DNA of 39,096 bases from assembly GCA_964001155.1 (NCBI GenBank), contig CAXFCD010000180.1, positions 1 to 39,096 of the forward strand, in the 5' to 3' direction. Position numbers and translations under genes: made by a program. This DNA comes from an uncultured bacterium. GTDB taxonomy: Bacteria; Fidelibacterota; Marinisomatia; Marinisomatales; UBA1611. Shown in pieces: positions 9,403-17,815 of the stretch (positions are counted from its first letter, which is position 1; the number at the start of each line of letters is the position of its first letter). Under the pieces are notes generated by a model. That model made no database searches. It had not been told where the DNA came from and worked only from the letters and a program-made list of their open reading frames with translations.

Positions 9403-9859
9403 AATTGAACGAAAATTTCTAGTGAAAGAACCACCCTTTCATTTGGCAATAAAATCTCTACGGATTCGGCAAGGGTATATAGTGAATGATCAAAATCAAG
9501 TCATTCGCGTCCGGGAAAAAGGGGATGACTATTTTCTCACAATCAAGGGAAACAATATAGGAATCTCACGGCTGGAATACGATTTCCCAATTTCGAAAAA
9601 TGATGCTGAAGATTTATTAAAGCATTTCTGTGAAACTTCCATGATCGATAAAACCAGACATTATGTTGAGCATGAAGGGCACACTTGGGAGGTGGATGAA
9701 TTCCATGGTGAAAATGAAGGACTCATTGTTGCAGAAATTGAATTAGACTCAGTAGATGAACAATTTGTTATCCCTGATTGGGCAGGTGAGGAAGTCACTT
9801 CAGATGAGCGATATTATAATATGAATTTGGCAATATACCCTTTTAAAGATTGGAAATAA
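9392..9859 (+). CDS. CYTH-domain protein (triphosphate tunnel metalloenzyme; inorganic triphosphatase or class IV adenylate cyclase-like)
   Basis: 155 aa. The N-terminal signature EIERKFLV (ExExK) is present, followed by alternating charged beta strands (VRVREKGDDYFLTIKG, RLEYDFPI, WEVDEFHGENEGLIVAEIEL). Confidence 0.85.
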   Translation: MAIEIERKFLVKEPPFHLAIKSLRIRQGYIVNDQNQVIRVREKGDDYFLTIKGNNIGISRLEYDFPISKNDAEDLLKHFCETSMIDKTRHYVEHEGHTWEVDEFHGENEGLIVAEIELDSVDEQFVIPDWAGEEVTSDERYYNMNLAIYPFKDWK

Positions 9860-9867
9860 TATTCAGC

Positions 9868-10887
9868 TTATTCCATGTCTGATGAATAGTCACCCTTTGT
9901 GGCGAGGCTATTCAATTTAGCACGTTTGTAAAATGCATCTTGAGCCGCAGGTACATTTTCTGCACTTCCACCCCATGCTTTCAATGCTGGCGCTTGAAGT
10001 GCCCGGCCGTAAGAATACGTCAAATTCCAAGGGCTTGTTTCACCTAAAATTTGATTCATAGCATTGAGATGAGCTGATGCATCTTCATCACTTTGTCCTC
10101 CGGAAAGGAAAGCGATCCCAGGAACGGCTGCAGGCACACATCTTTTTAAGACCGTAACGGTCAAGTCCGCAACTTCTTCCACACTGGCTTGGTCAGGACA
10201 TTCATAACCAGACAAGACCATATTCGGTTTTAGAACCATGCCCTCCAGCTCAACATTTTGCCCGTACAATTCATAAAAAACTGTGTGAAGCACTTCTTCC
10301 GTTACGACAAAACTGTCTTCAATGGAGTGTGCACCATCCATGAGAATTTCCGGTTCCACAATTGGCACCAATCCGTTTTCCTGGCACAATGCTGCATACC
10401 TCGCCAAAGCATGGGCATTGGCTGCGACACAAGTACTGCTGGGTTCTGCATCGCCAATTGTGATGACAGCACGCCATTTTGCAAATCGTGCTCCCAATGA
10501 ATGATATTCCTTTAGTCGGTCACCGAGGCCATCTAAACCAGCGGTTACTTTTTCGCCATCTGTTCCTGCAAGGTCGTGGGCACCTTTGTCCACTTTAATG
10601 CCAGGAATCACATTGAGATTGGTTAAAAATTCAGGATAAGGTGTCCCATCCTTTAAAGTTGATTGACGAAGTGTTTCATCAAATAAAATAACACCACTGA
10701 TGAATTCTTCCATCCCCGGTGTGGTAAATAACATATCACGATAGGCATTCCGATTCGCTTCTGTACTTTCCACATCAATGGAATCAAATCGTTTGGTGCA
10801 GGTTGGTGTACTTTCATCAGCAGCAAGAATTCCACGACCTTTTTCTACCATTGTGTTTGCAATTTCAGTTAAACTATTCCAACTCAT
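9868..10887 (-). CDS. fba: Fructose-bisphosphate aldolase, class I
   Basis: 339 aa. GILAADES motif near the N-terminus, Schiff-base lysine context MVLKPNMV, and C-terminal LTYSYGRALQ. It lies 21 nt downstream of pfp on the same strand. Confidence 0.9.
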   Translation of the reverse strand: MSWNSLTEIANTMVEKGRGILAADESTPTCTKRFDSIDVESTEANRNAYRDMLFTTPGMEEFISGVILFDETLRQSTLKDGTPYPEFLTNLNVIPGIKVDKGAHDLAGTDGEKVTAGLDGLGDRLKEYHSLGARFAKWRAVITIGDAEPSSTCVAANAHALARYAALCQENGLVPIVEPEILMDGAHSIEDSFVVTEEVLHTVFYELYGQNVELEGMVLKPNMVLSGYECPDQASVEEVADLTVTVLKRCVPAAVPGIAFLSGGQSDEDASAHLNAMNQILGETSPWNLTYSYGRALQAPALKAWGGSAENVPAAQDAFYKRAKLNSLATKGDYSSDME

Positions 10888-10908
10888 GTTTTCTCCAAGA
10901 TAGTTGAG

Positions 10909-12099
10909 TTATTTTTGTCCAATTTCTTTTAACATAGATTGATACCAATCCACATTCACATCAAAAGGTTTACCACCTTTAATTCTTTCAAATTCTATCA
11001 ATCTTAATTTGCTTTCATAATCATCATCCAGCCCTGCAACACCACTTTTTCCTTCCAACGCTTGTTCCGCGCCAAAAAATGCAGATTGTTTAATGAGATC
11101 TAAATCTTGTTGATTCGGTTTGGCAGACCGACCAAAATATCCACTTTTTTGGACCAATGTTTTTTCAGCATCCAGCGCGGTGGCGAATTGTTTTGCAAAC
11201 CATTGCCCCGGATTTATCTCATCTAAACGAACATGGCCAAATGCATCTTGCGGAACCTCTTCACCCTTGATTTCCATTTCTCGAACGATTGTTTCTAATC
11301 CAGCGCCTTCGCTTAAGAATATATTGACACCATCTTTTTCATCCATCCGATTTCTCAATCGATCCACTTCAGATTGAAAATCAAAATCCTGTTCCGGAAC
11401 ATATATTGCATCCACGTCCCACCGAGCTTTATCAATTAACAATTCTGGCAAAAAGGATTTTCGGGCTAATCTTTTGCGATAATCAAAGGCAGTTTGTGCT
11501 GTGAGCCATCCACAGTTTCGGCCCATGACTTCATGTATAATCAGTTGTCGTGTGGATGTAGTATTTTCATTGGCAATATTTTCAAAAAAGATGGCCCCTT
11601 GTTCTGCTGCCGTCCACGCGCCCAATGTTTGGGTGATAGGGAACACATCATTGTCTACTGTTTTTGGAAGCCCTACAACCGTGAGATCATACCCATTTTC
11701 TTTTAAATAAAATGACAATTGTGCAGCCATTGTGTTGGTATCATCCCCGCCAATTGTGTGAAGAATATTGATACCATCTTTCGTGAGTTGATCCGCAGCA
11801 ACTTTCAGTGGATCATCGCCATCTTGAACGTAACCCCGTTTGATACAATCTTCTACATTGGTGAGTTTGACTCGACTGTTCCCAATGGGTGATCCGCCAT
11901 ATTGATATAAAATTTTAAAATTTGATTTAATAGAATCAGGAATGGAAATCGAATTCCCCAATAGCAATCCACGGTATCCATTCAGGTAGCCGATGATTTC
12001 AGCTTCGGGAGCAATTTCGTTATATTTTTCGATTAACGCACCAATGGCAGAAGACAGACAGGGCGCAATACCGCCGGCTGTTAAAAATGCAATTTTCAT
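10909..12099 (-). CDS. pfp: Pyrophosphate-dependent 6-phosphofructokinase
   Basis: 396 aa. PFK fold motifs are TAGGIAPCLS, IGGDDTNT (Asp where ATP-PFKs have GGDGS) and LPKTVDNDV (Lys where ATP-PFKs have Gly). These are the established PPi-specificity determinants. Confidence 0.85.
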   Translation of the reverse strand: MKIAFLTAGGIAPCLSSAIGALIEKYNEIAPEAEIIGYLNGYRGLLLGNSISIPDSIKSNFKILYQYGGSPIGNSRVKLTNVEDCIKRGYVQDGDDPLKVAADQLTKDGINILHTIGGDDTNTMAAQLSFYLKENGYDLTVVGLPKTVDNDVFPITQTLGAWTAAEQGAIFFENIANENTTSTRQLIIHEVMGRNCGWLTAQTAFDYRKRLARKSFLPELLIDKARWDVDAIYVPEQDFDFQSEVDRLRNRMDEKDGVNIFLSEGAGLETIVREMEIKGEEVPQDAFGHVRLDEINPGQWFAKQFATALDAEKTLVQKSGYFGRSAKPNQQDLDLIKQSAFFGAEQALEGKSGVAGLDDDYESKLRLIEFERIKGGKPFDVNVDWYQSMLKEIGQK

Positions 12100-12250
12100 A
12101 AAAGGGGTTTATGGTTTAAAAAAGTAGGGACGAAAATTAAAGTGGAAATAGCCTCTAACCTATGTGTTGTTATTCAATTTATTACTCATTTTTAAAAAAT
12201 CTTATCTTTAAAATTAGTCTGGGATTAAAAACAAATAATTAAAGAATATA

Positions 12251-14194
12251 ATGAAACCTATTCTCTGGACACCTCCTCATCCTGAAAAAACCCAAATGGG
12301 CCAATTCATTCGCCGGGTGAATGAAATTTACGAATTAGAAATTGGCAACTACGACGAATTATATAATTGGTCTGTGAACCATATCCCAGAATTTTGGAAA
12401 CAAATATGGGAATTTTGTGAGGTTAAATATTCCATACCCTTTACAAGCGTGGTAGATGATATCAAGCAAATGCCTGGAGCAAAATGGTTTGAAGGATCCA
12501 AATTAAATTTTGCGGAAAATTTGCTTCAATTCCGAGATGACCATCCGGCAATCCATTTTAAAGGCGAAGGTCAACCGGTTCGAACATTGACTTATGAAGA
12601 ACTATTCAATGAAGTAGAAAAATTGGCTCATTCCCTTCGTGAAATGGGTATTCAAAAAGGTGATAGAGTCGTTGGTTTCATTCCCAACATTCCAGAAGCA
12701 ATTATCGCAATGTTAGCAACATCATCTATTGGCGCGATTTGGAGTTCATCTTCTCCAGATTTTGGAATTAAAGGTGTTTTGGACCGTTTTACTCAAATCG
12801 AGCCAAAGGTAATCTTTGCTGCAAATGGATATTATTACAACGGTAAAACATTTGATTCCCTGGAAAAACTAAAAGGTATTTTATCCAACCTGCCCACTAT
12901 AGAAAAAGTCGTGGTGGTTGAATATGTTGATGGAGAAACTGGCATCAGTGATGTTGATAACGGTGTCCTTTATTCGGATTTTATATCCAAATCACCCTAC
13001 CCTCTCGAGTTTGAACATCTCCCTTTTGATCATCCGCTTTACATCATGTATTCCTCCGGAACAACAGGGCTTCCCAAGTCTATCGTTCACGGCGCCGGTG
13101 GAACACTGATCCAACATCTTAAAGAGCTATGTTTACATTGTGACATTAAACGATCTGACACAGTATTTTATTTTACCACCTGTGGATGGATGATGTGGAA
13201 TTGGTTAGTATCGTCCTTAGCAGTAGGTGCGACAGTTGTTTTATTTGATGGATCACCCTTTCATCCAAATGGAAATGCAATGTGGGAATTAACGGAAGAG
13301 CTCGGAATTACTTTATTTGGGACTAGCGCGAAGTTTATTGATGCCTGTAAAGAAGCAAATATCAAACCAAAAGACATTGCGGATTTAACATCTTTAAGGG
13401 CAGTTTTATCAACAGGATCTCCGCTTGTGGATGAAAGTTTTGATTATGTTTATGAACAAGTGAAAGAAGATCTATTACTTGGATCCATCTCTGGCGGGAC
13501 AGATATTATTTCCTGCTTTGCCCTCGCTAGCCCTATGCTACCTGTCACAAGAGGTGAATTACAATGTCGTGGATTGGGGATGGACATTCATGCTTTCGAT
13601 GCCACTGGACAATCCATGATCAATGAAAAAGGCGAGTTGGTGTGTACCTCAGCATTCCCATCAATGCCTGTTTATTTCTGGAATGACCCGGATGGTATTA
13701 ATTATCAAAACGCTTATTTCAATACCTTTCCAGGTATTTGGCACCATGGGGATTTTATTCGAATTTCTGAATATGGGAGTTTGAAGATCTATGGCCGCAG
13801 TGATGCTACCTTAAATCCCGGCGGAGTTCGAATCGGAACAGCAGAAATATACCGCGTTGTGGAGGCCATCGACGCTGTGGAGGATAGTCTGGTTATTGGT
13901 CAAGAATGGGAAGGAGACCAACGGATAATCTTATTTTTGAAAATGAAAAATGGATATGAACTAAGTGAAGACCTCATCAAAGGAATCAAATCACAGATTC
14001 GGACTAACTGCTCACCAAGGCACGTCCCGGCAAAGGTCTTGGAAACCATAGGCATTCCCTATACGATTAATTTGAAGAAAGTGGAAATCGCTGTGAAAAA
14101 AATCATCCAAGGCGAAGATGTGACCAACCGGGATGCCTTGGTGAATCCGGAAGTGTTGGAATATTATAAGGATATTGAGGAATTAAAATACTAA
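12251..14194 (+). CDS. Acetoacetyl-CoA synthetase (acetoacetate-CoA ligase, ANL superfamily)
   Basis: 647 aa. AMP-binding motif YSSGTTGLPKSIVHG. The N-terminal region (LWTP...F...YELE...YDELYNWSV...EFW) and the length are typical of acetoacetyl-CoA synthetases rather than acetyl-CoA synthetase. Confidence 0.8.
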   Translation: MKPILWTPPHPEKTQMGQFIRRVNEIYELEIGNYDELYNWSVNHIPEFWKQIWEFCEVKYSIPFTSVVDDIKQMPGAKWFEGSKLNFAENLLQFRDDHPAIHFKGEGQPVRTLTYEELFNEVEKLAHSLREMGIQKGDRVVGFIPNIPEAIIAMLATSSIGAIWSSSSPDFGIKGVLDRFTQIEPKVIFAANGYYYNGKTFDSLEKLKGILSNLPTIEKVVVVEYVDGETGISDVDNGVLYSDFISKSPYPLEFEHLPFDHPLYIMYSSGTTGLPKSIVHGAGGTLIQHLKELCLHCDIKRSDTVFYFTTCGWMMWNWLVSSLAVGATVVLFDGSPFHPNGNAMWELTEELGITLFGTSAKFIDACKEANIKPKDIADLTSLRAVLSTGSPLVDESFDYVYEQVKEDLLLGSISGGTDIISCFALASPMLPVTRGELQCRGLGMDIHAFDATGQSMINEKGELVCTSAFPSMPVYFWNDPDGINYQNAYFNTFPGIWHHGDFIRISEYGSLKIYGRSDATLNPGGVRIGTAEIYRVVEAIDAVEDSLVIGQEWEGDQRIILFLKMKNGYELSEDLIKGIKSQIRTNCSPRHVPAKVLETIGIPYTINLKKVEIAVKKIIQGEDVTNRDALVNPEVLEYYKDIEELKY

Positions 14195-15192
14195 TCCAAC
14201 CGATCCAAAACACTCAATAGATCAACAACTCTGTTTGAGTAACCCCATTCATTATCATACCAATTTAAAGTTTTAACGAAATTGCCTTCTACTACTCTGG
14301 TAAAGGGCGCATCAAAAATGGAAGAATGGGGATTCCCAATTATGTCGGTGGAAACCACCGGCAAGGTGGAATATTCCAACACATTTTTTAAAGGTCCATT
14401 ATCTGCTGCTGTTTTGACGGCATCATTCACTTCTTCAACAGTTACATCTATTTCTAACCGGACATTGAAATCCACCACAGAACCGTCCGGTACCGGAACA
14501 CGCATGGCGATACCATCTAATTTCCCATTCAATTCCGGGAGGACTTTTCCCACAGCGCGAGCTGCGCCGGTTGTGGTGGGTATGACATTTTCTGCGGCAG
14601 CCCTACTACGGCGCCAATCTGAATGAGGGACATCCGCCAATCGTTGATCGTTGGTATATGCATGAATCGTATTAATGACGCCTAATTCAATCCCAAATGC
14701 ATCATTCAATACTTTTGCCATTGGCGCTAAACAATTGGTGGTACAGGATGCATTGGACACAATTTTGTGTTCCGGTTTGAGACCATCATCATTCACACCT
14801 AAAACAACAGTATAATCAATGTTATCCTTCGCCGGGACGGTTAAAACCACTCGTTTTGCACCTGCTGAAATATGATTTTCCAATTGAGACTTTTGTCTAA
14901 AGATCCCCGTGGACTCAATGACAAAATCAATACCCATCTCTGTCCATGGAAGTGCCCCGGGATTCCGTTCTGCCAACAATTTAACAGATTGGCTTTCTGT
15001 TTTCATCACATCACCTTCTAAAATAACGGACTCAGGAAATCGTCCCATGACAGTATCATATTTCAATAAATAGGTTAATGCAGCCTTGTCAAAAATATCA
15101 TTGATTGCCACAACATCAACATTTTGTTTTGAATTCAAAATCCGAAAAACCGATCGTCCGATTCGTCCGAAACCATTTATTGCAACTCTCAT
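14191..15192 (-). CDS. gap: Glyceraldehyde-3-phosphate dehydrogenase, type I (canonical, catalytic Cys present)
   Basis: I prefer the ATG at 15190-15192 (MRVAINGFGRIGR), which overlaps the upstream TGA as ATGA. The 21-aa N-terminal extension in the ORF track is unlikely. Motifs present: SNASCTTNCLAP, IHAYTNDQ, TTTGAARAVGKVLPEL, AMRVPV, WYDNEWGYS. Confidence 0.9.
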   Translation of the reverse strand: MRVAINGFGRIGRSVFRILNSKQNVDVVAINDIFDKAALTYLLKYDTVMGRFPESVILEGDVMKTESQSVKLLAERNPGALPWTEMGIDFVIESTGIFRQKSQLENHISAGAKRVVLTVPAKDNIDYTVVLGVNDDGLKPEHKIVSNASCTTNCLAPMAKVLNDAFGIELGVINTIHAYTNDQRLADVPHSDWRRSRAAAENVIPTTTGAARAVGKVLPELNGKLDGIAMRVPVPDGSVVDFNVRLEIDVTVEEVNDAVKTAADNGPLKNVLEYSTLPVVSTDIIGNPHSSIFDAPFTRVVEGNFVKTLNWYDNEWGYSNRVVDLLSVLDRLD

Positions 15193-16208
15193 GCGGCACC
15201 TCCTAAAGCGGCATATGCATCTACCATGTCCAAGATTCTTTTGGAAAAACCCCAACCGTTATCATACCAGCAAATTGTTTTTAATAGTGCATCCTTAGTT
15301 ATCATGGTTGCCTTCGCGTCGTAAACCATGGTTTCTTCCCTACCGGTAACATCACTAGAAACGATGGGGTCATCTGTGTATCCTACAATCCCATTAAGGG
15401 AATTTTCAGAAAATTGTTTTACCATCGTATTTGCTTTTTCAATAGATGGCATCGTTTTGAGTTCAGTCGTTAAATCAACACAGGAGCCATTTGGCACAGG
15501 CACATTAAACGCAATTCCATCTATTTTCCCTTTGAATTGGGGCATGATTTCTTCTACGATTGTAGGGGCAAATGTTGTATTAGGAATAATATTTTCCACC
15601 GCAGACCGACTCCGCCTGAGATCTATCCCCACCGCATCTGCCAATGGTTGATCGGCTGTGTAGGCATGAACTGTGGTCATCATGGCTCGTTCAACACCAA
15701 AAGATTCATCCAACATTTTCAGCATCAATGCCAGGACTTGGGTTGTGGAAGAAGTGGTTGAAATTATTTGGTCTGAGGCTTCAATGGTGGATTCATTGAT
15801 TCCAGGAATCACATAGCGGTCGATGGTCTCCTGAGGATTGCGAGTGGTAAAAACACGCTTTGCACCCGCATCCAAATGCAGGGCTAATTCTGATTTTTTT
15901 AAAAAGCGGCCAGTGGCATCAATCACCACATCCACATCATAGGCATCCCAGGGAATCGTTCCTGGTTTTCCACCACTAATGACACGAACGCGTTGACCGT
16001 TTACAACCAAATGATTTCCGTCTAAGGTGACTTTATCCTTCATTGAACCGTGGACAGAATCCCGGACGAGCAAATAATGGAGTGTCTCCGATGAACCGAA
16101 ATCACTGAGAGCAACAAAATTATAATTGGAATTATTATAACCGAGTCGAAAAATATTCCGGCCGATACGGCCGAAACCAAATAAGGCAATATTTACGGGT
16201 TTACTCAT
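15189..16208 (-). CDS. GAPDH-like paralogue lacking the catalytic cysteine (Cys->Ser) and several phosphate-site residues
   Basis: 339 aa with ATG at 16206-16208. The Rossmann motif is intact (NIALFGFGRIGRNIF) and TVHAYTADQ is retained. The active-site stretch reads STTSSTTQVLAL where the neighbouring gene has SNASCTTNCLAP, TTFAPT replaces TTGAAR, and AFNVPV replaces AMRVPV. Confidence 0.85.
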   Translation of the reverse strand: MSKPVNIALFGFGRIGRNIFRLGYNNSNYNFVALSDFGSSETLHYLLVRDSVHGSMKDKVTLDGNHLVVNGQRVRVISGGKPGTIPWDAYDVDVVIDATGRFLKKSELALHLDAGAKRVFTTRNPQETIDRYVIPGINESTIEASDQIISTTSSTTQVLALMLKMLDESFGVERAMMTTVHAYTADQPLADAVGIDLRRSRSAVENIIPNTTFAPTIVEEIMPQFKGKIDGIAFNVPVPNGSCVDLTTELKTMPSIEKANTMVKQFSENSLNGIVGYTDDPIVSSDVTGREETMVYDAKATMITKDALLKTICWYDNGWGFSKRILDMVDAYAALGGAA

Positions 16209-16534
16209 AATTTAATTTTTTCTTTTTATATTCATGTTTCAAGTTAAAAAACAATTTTAAATTAATAAAAACCTTATAAGGTACTAATTCAATTATTTTT
16301 GAATTCGTATATGTTGTCACCCGTATTTGAGAAGGAGGAAAATAATAATAAAGGATAACAAGCGCACCCCCTAGTTTTATGTTTGTGGTAGGATATGTAG
16401 ATTTTGATATGCGTAATTACTACCGCTAATACTAGTTGATAAGGTAATTAGGAACAAAAATTTAATTCAGAAGACATTGCGTTGCCTAAACCATTTTTAG
16501 CAGTCCATTGCATAGCTTAGAAGCAGTTGATTAA

Positions 16535-17182
16535 TCAGTTTAATTTTAAACTATAAGTTAGTCCATAAATATTGATCTCTTCAGAACCCGAACTAGAAAA
16601 ATCTCCTTTTTTGAAAATATAAAATATTTTAATCGAATTTTTACGTGGAAGATTAAAAGTAAACCCCAAGGAAAATCGATACCCATCTAATGTTTGATTC
16701 TCAGCTTTTGGGAAGTGCATTAATTCTCCAGATAAAAAGGGTTCAATTTTCTTATCTAACATGTACTGAAATGTCAATTTGTTTCTTATCAAATTTTCAA
16801 TATCCTTCTCCTGTTCTTTCGTTCTTTGAAACCTTGAACGATACTTTACACTTATAGGGTTTAAATTAAATTTATATGTGCCTCCAAAACTAATTCGCTT
16901 TTTAATCTTCTCATCAAAAATGGCATAACGATATGGTATATGAATATTCAGTCTATCATTAATCTTATATGTTATGGATACTTCAGAAAAGGTTTGGTTA
17001 AATGTAGATAGCTGGTTTTTCAATCTTAATTCTTGCTCACATTCCAATTCAAGGGAGTATGGAAGTTGTTTTTCAAATTTTATACTAGTCCAAAATTGAT
17101 TATCATCTATTCCAAAAATTTTATTGAATAAAAGATATAAAAAACATAATCCATAAGAAATCCATTTACTATTAATAAACAT
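16535..17182 (-). CDS. Small predicted outer-membrane beta-barrel protein (DUF2490-like)
   Basis: 215 aa with an N-terminal hydrophobic signal (WISYGLCFLYLLFNKIFG). Amphipathic alternating strands run throughout (VSITYKI, LNIHIPYRYAIF, ISFGGTYKFNL, YRFSLGFTFNL, IYGLTYSLKLN). The family assignment is tentative. Confidence 0.4.
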   Translation of the reverse strand: MFINSKWISYGLCFLYLLFNKIFGIDDNQFWTSIKFEKQLPYSLELECEQELRLKNQLSTFNQTFSEVSITYKINDRLNIHIPYRYAIFDEKIKKRISFGGTYKFNLNPISVKYRSRFQRTKEQEKDIENLIRNKLTFQYMLDKKIEPFLSGELMHFPKAENQTLDGYRFSLGFTFNLPRKNSIKIFYIFKKGDFSSSGSEEINIYGLTYSLKLN

Positions 17183-17212
17183 CTTATTTAGAAAATTAAT
17201 AATGATTCTTTA

Positions 17213-17803
17213 TCAAATATTATTTGACTCATTATGCAAAATTCTAATTCGTACTGTGTCTCTCAAAAAATTCATTCTGCGGATTTCAAAATGTTGAATT
17301 TTCAATCCGGTCCTCTCTTGTAAGTCTGCTAATAACTTATTATGATTTTCTGGTTTGATATTATCAATTCTTTCATATTGAACTACAGTTTGTATCAATA
17401 AGTTTTTCCGCCAATATGCTTCAAGGCTATATGTTAAAACAACTAAGGCTACGTTTGAAAATAGTAGTTCTTCAATAGATATTTCTGCATGATTCAAAGC
17501 ATTTATCACACCGATGGTGATAACAATAAACAAATATGTCATTTCTTTAATTGGAATAGGGTCAGTCCTGTATCGAAGTATCGCAAAGACTGCAAATAGT
17601 CCAAATGCAAAACCAATATTGATTGTGAGATTTCCTAAAAGAAAGGCAAAAAAGAATATAAGTGAATTGAACATGAAATAAGTGAAAACAAAGTCATTAT
17701 TTGATGGATTACGATAATAGATTAATTTTATAATGATAAAAGCGATTAATAGATTAAATCCATATCGGAAGCATAAATTGGTTAATTCAGGTGTAATTTC
17801 CAT
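17213..17803 (-). CDS. DUF4956-like integral membrane protein (usual genomic partner of bacterial VTC-domain proteins)
   Basis: 196 aa with 4 TM helices, followed by a soluble C-terminal tail. The stretch FAVFAILRYRTDPIPIKEMTYLF resembles the conserved (I/L)RFRT segment of the family. It lies 12 nt downstream of the VTC gene. Confidence 0.55.
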   Translation of the reverse strand: MEITPELTNLCFRYGFNLLIAFIIIKLIYYRNPSNNDFVFTYFMFNSLIFFFAFLLGNLTINIGFAFGLFAVFAILRYRTDPIPIKEMTYLFIVITIGVINALNHAEISIEELLFSNVALVVLTYSLEAYWRKNLLIQTVVQYERIDNIKPENHNKLLADLQERTGLKIQHFEIRRMNFLRDTVRIRILHNESNNI

Positions 17804-17815
17804 AGAAAGCCTATT

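Noticed and set aside
5015-11710. Antisense or alternative-frame ORFs inside the MMPL, TPK, SSS, aldolase and pfp genes (for example 5015-5239, 6437-6694, 7345-7581, 7750-8028, 8904-9089, 10258-10500, 10302-10484, 10322-10504, 10653-10835, 11120-11377, 11494-11710).
   Set aside because: They are embedded in strongly supported genes and show no family resemblance. They are typical shadow ORFs.
12918-15761. Shadow ORFs within the acetoacetyl-CoA synthetase and the two GAPDH genes (12918-13109, 14282-14626, 15086-15298, 15328-15651, 15537-15761).
   Set aside because: They lie opposite-strand or off-frame relative to highly conserved enzyme genes and are Ser/Thr/Pro-rich translation artefacts.
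16209-16534. I looked for a tRNA, tmRNA, SRP RNA, 6S RNA or mobile-element end in the 326-bp gap.
   Set aside because: I found no T-loop (GTTCGAATC-like) or other hallmark motifs, no terminal inverted repeats and no flanking direct repeats. It is kept only as an unexplained spacer in the findings.
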